Below, in pieces: positions 1 to 12,053 of a stretch of DNA of 64,000 nt. The DNA lies in contig NC_068982.1 of assembly GCF_001194135.2 (NCBI RefSeq), positions 7,523,934 through 7,587,933 of the forward strand, in the 5' to 3' direction. The translations under genes were made by a program, and so were the position numbers. Positions within the stretch are counted from its first letter, which is position 1, and every line of letters starts with the position of its first letter. Below the pieces are notes generated by a model. It did no database searches. It had not been told where the DNA came from and worked only from the letters and a program-made list of their open reading frames with translations. This stretch comes from Octopus bimaculoides (taxonomy: Eukaryota).

Positions 1-17
1 TGTGTGTGTGTGCGCGC

Positions 18-54
<37 letters not shown>
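1..54. repeat. (TG)n microsatellite
   Basis: Direct reading. Confidence 0.95.
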
Positions 55-55
<1 letters not shown>

Positions 56-61
56 ATATAT

Positions 62-480
62 AGGCGTAGAAGCGGCTGTGTGTTAAGTAGCTTGCTTAAC
101 AACCACGTTGCTCCGGGTTCAGTCCCACAGCGTGGCACCGTGTTCAAGTCTCTTCTACTATAGCCTCGAGCCGACCAAAGCCTTGTGAGTGGATTTGGTA
201 GACGGGAACTGAAAGAAGCCCGTCGTATCTATGTATATATATGTGTATGTGTGTGTGTGTCTGTGTATGTGTGTCTGTGTGTGTGTGTGTCTGTGTTTTC
301 CCCCAACATCGCTTCACAAGCGATGCTGGTATGTTTATGTCCCGGCAAAACAGGGCGATAGAATAAGTAGTAGGCTTAGAAAGAATAAGTCCTGGGGTCG
401 ATTTGTTCGACTAAAGGCAGTGCTCCAGCATGGCCGCAGTCAAATTACTGAAACGAGTATAAGAATAAAAGAAAAGAAAA
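62..480 (+). mobile_element. SINE family B, full-length (tRNA-like head, central GGATTTGGTAGACGG..CTGAAAGAAGCCCGTCG domain, internal TA/TG microsatellite, CAGCATGGCCGCAGTC tail)
   Basis: Box A/B-like head (GGCTGTGTG.TAAG, GGGTTCAGTCCC). Homologous to copies at 19.2, 19.6, 25.0, 31.7, 41.3 and 45.7 kb. Confidence 0.85.
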
Positions 481-724
481 TATGTATGGAGGGATGTATG
501 TATATACATTACTGATGTCAAACGAATGAGAAGGGTGCGCGCAATACATGTTTTAGAGCATATGCTCTTTATTAAAACAGAAGCTGAGTGCTTATCTCGG
601 GACTCGACTTCTACATCGCTGCAAGCCTGAACATCGCAGTGGCGTGAAACTCAATATCGCAGGACAAACGCCGAGCTTCATTTGAAAAATAAATCTATAG
701 GCTGAAGCGTATAAAAGAATAAAA

Positions 725-726
<2 letters not shown>

Positions 727-795
<69 letters not shown>

Positions 796-816
796 TGTAT
801 GTATGTATGTATGTAT
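727..816. repeat. (TA)n(TATG)n compound microsatellite
   Basis: Direct reading. Confidence 0.95.
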
Positions 817-1216
817 AAGTATAAGAGTAAGAAATTAAAATAATTTATAACTAGTAGGTCGCATGCCTAATAAATCTCATAAGACAAGATATTTTATATA
901 AGAGCGTATAAAGATTTATACACGGAGAAAATACCCTTGACAGGACTTCTTACATGCCAGAAGGGCAGTTAAACCCAAACAACGTAAAAAGGAATTATTA
1001 AGGCACGCTGCTCATAGACTGCAGAGTGATTAAAAAATTAGTTAATCCTATACTCGAGTCTCACTGTTAATGACCAAATAAATCAATTTGGTATGTGTAG
1101 CTCGTCAGTAGGATCGCTAGAGAATGCATAATTATGTAGCTGTAATATATACCGAAAACACGAGGTAAACACATGCAAAAGACAACTCCATCATTACACA
1201 TATATATGAAGTATCT

Positions 1217-1353
1217 TGAGCCCAACTGATACTAATATCGAATCCAAAAGGATAAAATGCAAATTCAACCTGGTTGAATTAGAACGTAAAGACGAGCGTA
1301 ATGCGCTAAACGTTTTGCCTAGTGTGTTAACAATACGGTCGACAAATCGCCTT
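1217..1353 (-). mobile_element. SINE family A, old degenerate copy
   Basis: aaaaggataaaatgcaaattcaacc..agaacgtaaagacgag..gtgttaacaat..tcgcctt aligns to the reverse complement of the family A head and body. Confidence 0.6.
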
Positions 1354-1371
1354 AATTTACTAAGTATATTA

Positions 1372-1586
1372 GGTGGCGAGCTGGGAGAAAGGTTAGCACG
1401 CCGGGCGAAATGCTTACCGATATTTCGTCTGTCTTTACGTTTTGAGTTCAAATTCCGCCGAGGTCGACTTTGCCTTTCATCCTTTCGGGGTCGATAAATT
1501 AAGTACCAATTACGTACTGGGGCCGATCTAATCGACTGGCCCCCTACCCAAAAATTTCAAGCCTTGTGCTTAGAGCAGGAAAGAAT
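1372..1586 (+). mobile_element. SINE family A, full-length, tail type a
   Basis: GGCGAGCTGG box A, GAGTTCAAATTCC box B, GCCTTTCATCCTTTCGGGGTCGATAAA core and a GCCTTGTGC.TAGAG..GAAAGAAT tail. Confidence 0.9.
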
Positions 1587-2100
1587 TTACGAAATATATT
1601 AAATTTGTGAACATTTCATATGAAAATTGAATTCCAATCATGTATTTTCTTCTTGAAGAACTTCTCGAAAACAATTAGATAGGAATCTGCAGATCGTATC
1701 ATATAGATTTTTACGACATGGTGGAAAATGGAAATCGTAATTTTATTATGTAGTGATTTTTGACAAGTTGGAAAATGTTGCTCTAGAAACAAAATATCAT
1801 TGATTATCTTAATGTTTGTATTCAGCTACAATTTTGCTGGAGACCTGAATTTATGTAAACGAATATTGTGTGAATGGCAATCATTGGTGCCGTTCTTAGG
1901 CATTTCCTATATCTGTTTAAAGAAAAAAAAGCCGAGCCTTCCTCCAATAATACCTTTGAATAATTAAGCAAGAGAATATAGTTGGAAATCCTTTGGTCAG
2001 GTTTATTATGAAAACAGATAAAGTTTAAACTGAATTGAAATAAACAGACGGTCAAGTGATTTCTAATGCATTGCAACCGTCAAGTAGAATTTTAGAATAA

Positions 2101-2320
2101 CCTCTCTACTATAGGCGCAAGGCCTGAAATTTTGGGGAATCGGGAGCGCAGTCAATTAGATCGACCCTAGTAAGCAACTGATATTTAATTTATCGACCCC
2201 GAAAGGATGAAAGGCAAAGTCGACCTCGGGGGAATTTGAACTCAGAACGTAGTGACGTGCGAAATGTGGCTAAACATTTCGTCCAGCGTGCTAACAATTC
2301 TGCCAACCCACCACCTTAGT
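2101..2320 (-). mobile_element. SINE family A with 12-bp target-site duplication
   Basis: Full-length reverse copy flanked by attttagaataa at 2089-2100 and 2321-2332. Confidence 0.9.
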
Positions 2321-2999
2321 ATTTTAGAATAACGAAATCTAAAACAATCAAATGCAGTTGTTCCTGAGGCAGGCCAAACCCACAAAAATGTATCATTACT
2401 AAATAATTTTAATCTCTCTCAAATCCGCTCCATTTTTGCTGATATATGTGCCTACGTGTAAGCGTACCTGCATGTGTGTGTGTATGTGTCCTGTTTCATT
2501 GCTCTATATGGCTGAGTGATTGTAGCTTTTATCTGATTGCATATAGTGTTATTTCATAACTTTATTATTTTTATTTGTACATTTTTGCCCGATTACAAGC
2601 ATATGCCTGTGTGCTTGTGTAAACATAATATAGAAACATACGTGTTAATCTCTAAAAGTGAATCTATTTACTGTTGGAGATAAAAGAATTTTGCAGTCAG
2701 TTATTGGGCATAACCAGAGAAATCTATAGCAATTTTGATTACTATCGAATCAATAGCAGCATATTCCCTTTCTCTAAGATATTCACGTACTTCATTACAA
2801 TGTGTGAATAAAGTTCCCTATTTATTTCAGAATCTGATAAACTCGTTTATCAGCCTTTTTAAAGTAACAATTCTCTAATGCGATACCAAACACGTTTTCA
2901 TATTTACCATTGTTTTCTACTAAACATTTCAGGCAACCATAAACCTCTCAGTTCAGATTCTCTTCGATGTTATTACTGAAGTCCACTGACTACAAATAT

Positions 3000-3660
3000 T
3001 TAGACTAAAACTCGGTCTGTTAATTACTTCCCGTCCTCGTCCAACCTGTCTCTGATGTTCTGTTGAGGGACCTAGTTCTTGTTACAATAGATGTCTCCGA
3101 AAGATAGACATTATGAGGGACAACCTTTTTGCAATGCCCAGATGCGTCCAGCACTCGTCCAGAAAGACTTACACCGAAGGCATCAGGTTAGTTTAAGGAA
3201 ATACAACCAAAGACAAAAGCAAGTTGTTCCTGTCAGCTTTAAGGTTTCTGACAAACTGAATTTCGAGCAAACTTCTACAACTTGAAGAAGGAGGACGTTA
3301 GTGATACTGAGAAATGCTACCATAAATCGTCATTGCAACACACGCTTCTCTGATGTGAGTTATATGCCTTGGCGCTCAATAGCGGTAATTGAGGTCCAAA
3401 CGTTGGAGTATCGCACGTTTGTAGTAATTCATGAACCTTAATTGTGGGTCTCATTTGAGCTTTATATAGAGTGTCAGAAGCTCCGGGGCTGAATGTGAAT
3501 GTGAGATCAACGAAGAGAAGGACGAATGTAGATTTAGATGTAAAGCAAACAGAAACGTTGGCTGCTTCCGACAATGGAGTATTCCATTTGCGCAGTTTCC
3601 ACAGATATGAGATCATATAGTGGCTGTAGCGTGGCATTTGTGATCTAAATTCAGAACCAT
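3000..3660 (-). mobile_element. Highly decayed CR1/L2/Jockey-like LINE, RT C-terminal fragment
   Basis: Minus-strand peptides WNTPLSEAA, FSPGASDTLYKAQMRPT and KSFWTSAGRIW resemble the LINE motifs WNTHI..., FTP..LLTLYKAQVRP and KSFF.RT..LWN. Many stops and frameshifts. Confidence 0.35.
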
Positions 3661-3914
3661 CCACCGCTGTTGCTTCTTTTAAAGGGTAGTCATCAAAGAA
3701 TTTATATAATTGAAGATGTTTGGGGACGTACAGTCATCAAAGAATCAAGAATTGAAGAATATGACCATCATCAAATTCGATGGGATAACTATAAGCATGT
3801 AGATATAAATATAACAATCTGAAACCATACTGGAATGGATTCGTGTACATATTGATACGTCGTGTTCATTTACTATGTTGTATTCCTCGTAAGTTATTAT
3901 TTTTTGCTTAATAA

Positions 3915-4072
3915 TTCTTTTCACTCTAGGCACAAGGCCTGAAATTTGATGGTAAAGGAGCAAGTCGATTAAAGTCGACCTCAGTGAAATTTGAACTCAA
4001 AAGTAAGGCTGGAAGAAATGCCGGCAGCAGTTTGCCCGGAGTGCTAATGATTCAGGCAGCTCACAGCGCTTA
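3915..4072 (-). mobile_element. SINE family A with internal deletion
   Basis: The tail and head are joined at gtcgatta|aagtcgac, deleting the core between the two GTCGA motifs. Confidence 0.8.
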
Positions 4073-4088
4073 AGCTTAATTTAATAAT

Positions 4089-4303
4089 TATTTTCTTTCT
4101 ACTATAGGCACAAGGCCTGAAATTTTGGTGGGATGATGGTCTTGTGCATTACATCTACCCCAGTACTCAACTGGTACTTATTTTATCGACCACGAAAGAA
4201 TGAAAAGCAAAGTCGAGACTTTGAACACAGAATGTAAAATCGGAAGAAATGGCGCTACGCATTTTGCTCGTTGTGCTAACGATTCTGCCAGCAGCTGCAC
4301 TTT
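4089..4303 (-). mobile_element. SINE family A with 16-bp TSD
   Basis: Flanked by agcttaatttaataat at 4073-4088 and 4304-4319. Confidence 0.85.
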
Positions 4304-5356
4304 AGCTTAATTTAATAATACGCATGGATGGTCTAATTTAATTAATATTGAATGAATATAACAATCATTATTGCAGAGCCTTATGGTAACATGTGTCTCA
4401 TTCGCATTCCGTGCCACATCTATTTTCTGTTTCTAGATTTTATCCAGTACCCACTTCTTTAATGACTAAATCAACGAAAGTAAGAAACCAAATTTGAGAA
4501 ACATTCCTTTCTATTCAGCGACTGAATATTTGTAGCTACATTTGCATGTGAGGATATACCGAATGGGAAAGTTCTGAGACTCTATATCCAAACATATATA
4601 TATACACATATAAACATATGTATACACGGACATTTCAAATGATAAATTATTAAAGTAAATACTATAACCTAGAGAAGCATGCACAAACGAGCACGCACGT
4701 ACGTATCAAGAAGTTTATACAAACTCTTGCATATGAACACGGAGAGACAATAGAATAGAAAAGCAGAAACGAACGGAAACACATTGTAATAAATATTTGA
4801 TTTACAATACAACACAAGAAAGTATTCATTGCAACTCTCATTTCAATAATCAATATGCGAATTAGGATTTCGAGTCGTTACCTGAAAATCCATCGAGGGG
4901 CGATATAAATTTAATGAATTTCAAGTTACTAATACACGTGTGTACAAATCCATACACACATATGAAATATATTCATTTATTGATTGACATTCGAGATGGT
5001 TGAGGTTTCCACCGACAACGTGTACTCTTCACATAAATCTCCGACCAAATCATATGATTTATGTTCACGAAACTGAAACTTTAAGAAGACTGAAGGATAG
5101 ACTATAGGTGCATCTGACGCGCATCAATACAATTCCCCTCTAATTAAGTTGAATCACAAGGATTTAGTCGGTCGGTCGGTCGGTCCGAATTTATGGTGAA
5201 TACACTTACCGCAAACCCTAGCTTCATGTCCGCGAACTGAACTTCTTAACACTCACCCATGCGTATGACCAATTTACACACATACGTATGTAAACATACG
5301 TATTAATATATATTTGTATGTGTAAGTGTGACTATATGTACATTACCCGCCCCCCC

Positions 5357-5400
<44 letters not shown>

Positions 5401-6192
5401 TGTGTGTGTGTGTGTGTATANNNNNNNNNNNNNNNNNNNNNNNNNNNNNNNNNNNNNNNNNNNNNNNNNNNNNNNNNNNNNNNNNNNNNNNNNNNNNNNN
5501 NNNNNNNNNNNNNNNNNNNNNNNNNNNNNNNNNNNNNNNNNNNNNNNNNNNNNNNNNNNNNNNNNNNNNNNNNNNNNNNNNNNNNNNNNNNNNNNNNNNN
5601 NNNNNNNNNNNNNNNNNNNNNNNNNNNNNNNNNNNNNNNNNNNNNNNNNNNNNNNNNNNNNNNNNNNNNNNNNNNNNNNNNNNNNNNNNNNNNNNNNNNN
5701 NNNNNNNNNNNNNNNNNNNNNNNNNNNNNNNNNNNNNNNNNNNNNNNNNNNNNNNNNNNNNNNNNNNNNNNNNNNNNNNNNNNNNNNNNNNNNNNNNNNN
5801 NNNNNNNNNNNNNNNNNNNNNTATATATATTGAGGAAAAGGTTGTCATATACATGCGTTAAATGGAGAAGCTGTGACAAGTGACAATTCTGTAAATAATA
5901 CTAATTATAAGCTTTAAGCTTATAATTAGTATTATTATTTACAGACACACACACTCACACGCATGTTCATACACATATATTCCGTTTGTGCGAGAATGTT
6001 GTTGACAGTGACTTCGAAGTTTCGGACAATTAAGCCATTCTTGTTTAAGAATAATAAATTTGTACTCTACAAAACTATAGAGTAACCCATCAGATCAATG
6101 TAAAATTATTTTTATTAGAACTGAACGTAAAAACAAGTATGTATGTATGTATGTATGTATGTATGTTTGTATGTATGTATGCATGCATGTAA

Positions 6193-6420
6193 CTTTTTGG
6201 CTTGTCTTCGCGAACGAAGATCGAGCAGGGGCTGGTCCACGTTGACTGCAGGTATGCTCGTGGCTAATAATGCTGCTGTGGGACTGTCAGGAATAGCCTC
6301 AGAGGCTGCAGTTAAAGGTCTAATCAGGATTCGATGAAGTGATGAAGCGGTTCTCCGTCCTGCGCCTTTTTTGTTCTCGAGAGCGACCTTGTGGATGTTT
6401 GTGAAGGAGAAAACAGCATA
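6193..6420 (-). mobile_element. RTE-clade LINE 3' end
   Basis: Minus frame TFNCSL*GYS*QSHSSIISHEHTCSQRG..SSFAKTSQ resembles the RTE C-terminal C2H2-like motif (C..CGR.C.S.IGLISH.RAC). It is followed by a (CATA)n tail. Confidence 0.65.
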
Positions 6421-6527
6421 TATTATGCTGAGATACATACATATATATATGCATCTACACGTTCTTATGTACGCACGCTCAACACACACATGTATACAGA
6501 GTGAGTGAGTGAGTGAGTGAGTGAATA

Positions 6528-6741
6528 ATTCTTTCTACTATACGCACAAGGCCTGGGATTTGAGGGGAAGGGTGGTCGATCACATCGAATTCAGTGCTTG
6601 ACTGGTACTTAATTTAACGACTCCGAAAGGATGAAAGGCAAAATCGAACTCGGTGGAATTTGAACTCGAAACGTAGCGACGGGCGAAATACCGTTAAGCA
6701 TTTCGTCCAGCTTGCAAATGATCCTGCCAGTTCGCCGCCTT
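6528..6741 (-). mobile_element. SINE family A, full-length
   Basis: Complete reverse copy from the ttctttctacta tail to the gttcgccgcctt head. Confidence 0.9.
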
Positions 6742-6917
6742 CGAGTGACCGAATGATGCGTAGATAGGATGCAATTAGAGAGGAAATCAAATTTATAATT
6801 ACGTGTAATAGAAACATAGATTTGTATATTATTCAAAAACGATTTAGAAACCATTTATATATCATAAATCAAGAGATGATTCATTTCAAATTAGAATGTC
6901 AATATTGCATATCTCTG

Positions 6918-7120
6918 AGGTGACGAGCTGGCGGAAACGTTAGCACGCCGGGCGAAATGCTTAGCAGTTTTTCGTTTGACTTTACGTTCTGAGTTCAAAT
7001 TCCGCCAAGGTCGACTTTGCCTTTCATTCTTTCTGGGGTCGATAAATTAAGTACCATTTGCGTATTGGGGTCGATCTAATCGACTGGTCCCTTCCCCCAA
7101 AACTTAGAGGAGAAAAGAAT
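6918..7120 (+). mobile_element. SINE family A with shortened tail and an approximately 9-bp TSD (ttgcatatc)
   Basis: Head GGTGACGAGCTGGCGGAAACGTTAGC with the core intact. ttgcatatc occurs on both flanks. Confidence 0.9.
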
Positions 7121-7737
7121 ATTTGCATATCCCTATTATATTGCAGAAATATTTGATAATACTATATTTAATCACAAATTCCTAAATCTTCCTGTATTAC
7201 TATTTATCTGAGGTCATGATCTGGAAAGCTAGAGTAATTAAATACAGTAAACCAGTCACAGTCACATTTGAACACTATACAAGTCCTAAAATGCCAAATC
7301 TCCCACCTTGAAATCTGATGTTTGTAATCTAAGTCAATACCAGCCTACAACTCTTGACTGCTTGTCAGGCCAAAGTAATTCAATTAATTTTAGAAGAACA
7401 TCCTTCCTTGTAAGTTCATTAACATTGTCCAACATGTTATAAGTATCGGCTTGTAAATAAATACATATACACGTACCCGCACACCTACAGCGATATGTGT
7501 GTGTGCGTGTGTGTGCGTGTGTATACACACCCAAGCGAGAGAGAGCAAATAAAGGCAAAGATAGTGACTGTCACGAAGACTTGTGCTTTGTTTCTCTTCG
7601 TCGATTTTAATGTTCGTCTGTCTTACGCTAGTATTTTATGAAAACTACGAGCGTTTAGGTGTTATTTTGTGTGTGCAGCTACATTTGTGATTTTTGGCGC
7701 ACGCGCACACAGACGCGTATGTCTATGTGTGAATGTG

Positions 7738-7778
<41 letters not shown>

Positions 7779-8774
7779 CTGTGTGTGTGCGTTTGCGTGA
7801 GTGAGTGTGTATGCGTGTGAATGTGTGGCTGGCGTTTATCTAGGCGTTTGTATTTGCCTGTTCGAAGATGTTACGATGGTTAAACATTTGAACAAACGAC
7901 TTTGTTTCTAGATATAAATATATAATACTTTTCTATTACGTGTTAATCGCTCTAGAATTAATGGGAGAGAAAGATAATTTTAGACTAGCCAACAGTTGAC
8001 TACTTCCCGCGTCCACAATACTTTCTATTTTATTCTCTCGTCTAAAAATATACGTCTTCACTCTGACAAGTCTCAGAAGTCACTATCAGTTATATGACAG
8101 CAAACAGTTTTATTTCTTTAATTATTTATTATTAACACAGATTAGATTCATCTCTGGATTTTCTTTCCTTAGCACTTTTGCATCCTGGCGTGTCTATGTG
8201 TGTTGTTTAGAAATATATGTATTCACATGTGTGTGGATTTAGGTAACATTTTACGAAACATTTTTATAGTCCAGGGTGAATATGTGAACATATGATGAAA
8301 TACGACAGGAATTTTGTTTTTTCTTTTATCTTCGGAAATGCTCAGTTAATCCGGCAAAAAAAAAAGATAGCAAATTTTCAGTGACTCTAATGCGCAGTCG
8401 TCTGTACAAATGTGTGCATATCCGTGTGTGTGTGNNNNNNNNNNGGGGGGGGGTGCATGCTTGTGTGTGTCCGGATATGCGTATGTATATGAGTGGAAAT
8501 GTGTTTGTGTGTATGTGTGTGTGTGCGTGTCTGTGCGTGCGTGTGTATGTGTGTGTGTGTGTATTTGTTAATAGGTTAATAGTCAAAGACGAGAATCCAC
8601 TCAGGCTGTTTCTATCTCTAGGAATATAAGTTGCTGTATAGATATTTACATAACTACTTATACATACATAATCACATGTCCATATTCATATATAAATGTG
8701 TCTGTGTATATATATATATATACATAAAATTGATTTATGTATGCATATATATATAGTTACGGTCGGATATATAT

Positions 8775-8917
<143 letters not shown>

Positions 8918-9095
8918 CGTAAGAATGTCGAACGATGAAAATGAGTGCTCGACACAGCATTGGTGGATATAATTTCTTTATTTGTAAATTAAAGCTGCTA
9001 TTGGTTTCATGTTAAGAAAAGTAGGAAAATATCTTAGTGTCTTAACAAGTTTTCTACCCGATCACAGAAGAAAGTTGTTCGCCTCCAATTTGGAA

Positions 9096-9102
9096 AGATA
9101 GG

Positions 9103-9156
<54 letters not shown>

Positions 9157-9197
9157 CATACATACATACATACATACATACATACATACATACATAC
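9096..9197. repeat. (GATA)n(CATA)n compound tetranucleotide repeat
   Basis: Direct reading. Similar tracts occur at 44405-44548, 47061-47216 and 55250-55331. Confidence 0.95.
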
Positions 9198-9660
9198 AAG
9201 CAAATATACACACGTTTGTGGATGTTTGTGTCTCGGTGTTTGTGTGTGTGCATTCAATATAAATAGGCTTGACGACAAAATATGTTCCGTTGGTCTATTG
9301 AAAATTGATCGTATAGCCTTTTCTTTATTTAAACAGTTACATTTCAAATTTCACCACACGTTATTATAACGAAAAATATAGTACTTTATTTTCTTGGTAA
9401 CCGCTACACCGATGAATAATTAAAGAATTGATAAATACACAATTATATTTTTATTATATAAATAATGAGAAGTGCTGAAATCCGAACAGTTTCTGCGACA
9501 TTACTCAGCTTATTTTAAAATGGGGGACTACATTGGCCAGTGTGTTGTTTGATACCTTTTAAAGATCGAAACATATAATACAGTGATATATGAATAGGAA
9601 ATGTAAAAAATTAGCGGAATATTTTTTGTGCAATTATAAGAAAAATCGAAGAATCTATAT

Positions 9661-9870
9661 ATTCTTTTCTACTCTAGGGACAAGGCCCGAAATTTTGTTT
9701 TGTGGGGGGCAGTCGATTAGATCGACACCAGGACGCAACTGGTACTTAACTTATCGACCCCGAAAGGATGAAAGTCGACCTCGGTGGAATTTGAACTCAG
9801 AACGTAAAGAGAGACGAAATACCGCTAAGCATTTTGCCCGGCGTGCTAACGTTTCTGTCAGCTCACCGCC
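9661..9870 (-). mobile_element. SINE family A (first of a tandem pair)
   Basis: Full-length reverse copy. Confidence 0.9.
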
Positions 9871-9875
9871 AAAAA

Positions 9876-10093
9876 GAATCTTTTCTACTCTAGGCACAAG
9901 GCCCGAAATTTTATGGGAGTGAGCCAGTCGTTTAGATCGACTCCAAGACGCAACTGGTATTTAACTTATCGACCCCGAAAGGATGAAAGGCAAAGTCGAC
10001 CTCGGCGGAATTTGAACTCAGAACGTAAAGACAGACGAAATAGTGCTAGTCATTTCGCCTGGTGTGCTAACGTTTCTGCCTGCTTGCCACCTT
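9876..10093 (-). mobile_element. SINE family A (second of the tandem pair)
   Basis: Full-length reverse copy starting about 5 bp after the previous copy. Confidence 0.9.
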
Positions 10094-10299
10094 GATGAAG
10101 CTATATATTGAAATAATTTCAGAGCATTTTATAACGTTTAAGCTTTTAAAAAGATCTGAACTGATAAAATAGCGTTAAGTTAAACTACTATGAACTTAAG
10201 CTTCAATAAGGAAACACAAAATAGGAACAGTATCCGCAGTGAATGTGCACAATAGAGACGAAGAGAAACAGTCCGATTTCTGCACAGATATTATGGCTT

Positions 10300-10518
10300 C
10301 AGATTTTGGCACAAGGTCAGAAGTTTCGGCAGAGGTTAGGGTGAGGGTGAACAAATAGGTTACATCAATCCCCAACAGGTACTTATTTTATCGCCCCCCG
10401 ATAAGAATGAAGCGCAAAGTCCACCTCGGTGGAATTCGAGCTCAGAACGTAAAGATGGCTGAACTGCTGCTAAGTAATTTTCCCGGCGTGCTAACGGTTC
10501 TTTCAGCTCGCTGACCTT
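10300..10518 (-). mobile_element. SINE family A, older diverged copy
   Basis: ggcacaaggtc tail, caggtacttattttatcg core and cggcgtgctaacggttc..cagctcgc head. Confidence 0.75.
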
Positions 10519-10633
10519 TGCAAATACATATTCCAAATGGATGCTACAAGCAATTTTTTTTAGTTCAGTTATATTAATAGGATAGAGATGGCGTTGCTTT
10601 ATGATCATTATATCTATAACTTTTATAAATATA

Positions 10634-10693
10634 TAAACTAATTTTATACGAACTAATTTTATATAAACTAATTTCGTAGAAGCTAATTTTATA
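10634..10693. repeat. 15-bp minisatellite, 4 copies (consensus taaactaattttata)
   Basis: Units taaactaattttata / cgaactaattttata / taaactaatttcgta / gaagctaattttata. Confidence 0.85.
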
Positions 10694-11538
10694 TTGGCCT
10701 TTACTTTTTTAACACTTTATCATTTCCCATTAATGCTTTTCTGTGAATCCTTATCTGGTTCTAAATTTGTGTTTTTGTTCTCGCATACCGTTTTTAAGGC
10801 ATTCAGTAATACAACACAATGCTGTTCATTTTTACAACAAAAGCCTCAAACCAAGTTATAAACTATTCTAAATGAAATCCCGATTTGTCCGTCTGTCGTG
10901 CTATGAAAAATTCATTTTATATTTATGATACACAAATTAAAATATTATATAAAATCATATGGAAACGGCAGAATATGTATGCGCCTAACATACTTGACTT
11001 ATTTTATACTTTGCTTATTTCTTTCATACATCTCCTCTTACATGAGCGCATTGTGTTGCTCCATCTCTAGTTTACTCATACATGCCTTTGTTCCCATTTT
11101 CTTATTTAACTTCAGGCCCAGCTCTGATTAAATAAGATTTAACCAACAGTATTGCAGTCGTCACAGGCCGATGTTTTAAACATAATGCGGCTAATAGCAA
11201 AACATTTGGTGTGTGCTTCATTTCGTAAAACAATATTGTGGGATTTCTGAAAGGTTGACTGAATTCATAGACATTTCCTAGTTAGCTTCTCATACATATA
11301 GTAGATTCTCACTGTGCTATGTTTTAGAAATTTGTTTAACAATTCTAGTGTTCTGAAAGTACCATTAACAAATTCAGTCCATATGAGCATTTTTTTTTTT
11401 TAATCTTTGAATCAGAAATGAATTTTTAACAAAAATCTGTTTTGAGTTTCTATGTTTTTTCTCGATCACTGCTAATTTATATTCGTGCCGTTTGTTTTCG
11501 TTACCTTTGATTTATGAATTAAAAATGTATAAATTAAA

Positions 11539-11582
11539 TTTTTTACGTCTCTTCTGTAATCTTTTTTCATTTATCTTTGTAG
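11539..11582 (+). other. Candidate upstream 3' splice acceptor (long polypyrimidine tract ending TTTGTAG)
   Basis: About 40-nt T/C-rich tract followed by TAG. Could mark a non-coding 5' exon; no matching donor identified. Confidence 0.25.
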
Positions 11583-12053
11583 CTTCCTGAACGTGTGGAA
11601 AATTAACGGAGGTATTGAAGCAGAAAAGTCACGATTTTACAACACGGTCTCATCAAAACGTACTCTCCAAAAATAGTAAATTGCTTTGAAAACCATTAAA
11701 ATAGGACAACTGCGAAATGGTTACTATTTATTGTTTATAAAAACACTTGCGTAAAATATAAAGCACATCGAATAATAAAGTTATATGACCACATCAGTGG
11801 AAATCATCAAAAGATATTGCAGATGAACCGACGAAAAATATCATCAACATGTAGTTAAAATGCAAATACGACTCTTCTAATCCAACGGACGTGATAACTT
11901 GTATTGATTAAACTTGCATTGTTTACAAAAATTGTCAAGAAAAAATACACTGAAAGTGTTGGAAGAGAAGTAACAAAAAGAAACAAGAATCATCAAAGTA
12001 ACGCAATTTTCATCAATCTCGTCATTTTCAGAATCACCAATTCAACAGAATAA

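Noticed and set aside
555-568. 14-bp palindrome agagcatatgctct
   Set aside because: Short enough to be expected occasionally by chance in 64 kb; no supporting context.
3688-3745. 14-bp direct repeat agtcatcaaagaat with a 44-bp period
   Set aside because: A small local duplication with no identifiable insert between the copies.
5303-5883. Long ORFs spanning N runs (also 15087-15901, 16567-17601, 25322-25685, 29414-30310, 31856-32614, 47027-47855, 57959-58705)
   Set aside because: Artefacts: N codons contain no stops and the flanks are microsatellites.
7180-7445. Possible decayed LINE endonuclease fragment on the minus strand
   Set aside because: No convincing conserved motif could be recovered by eye.
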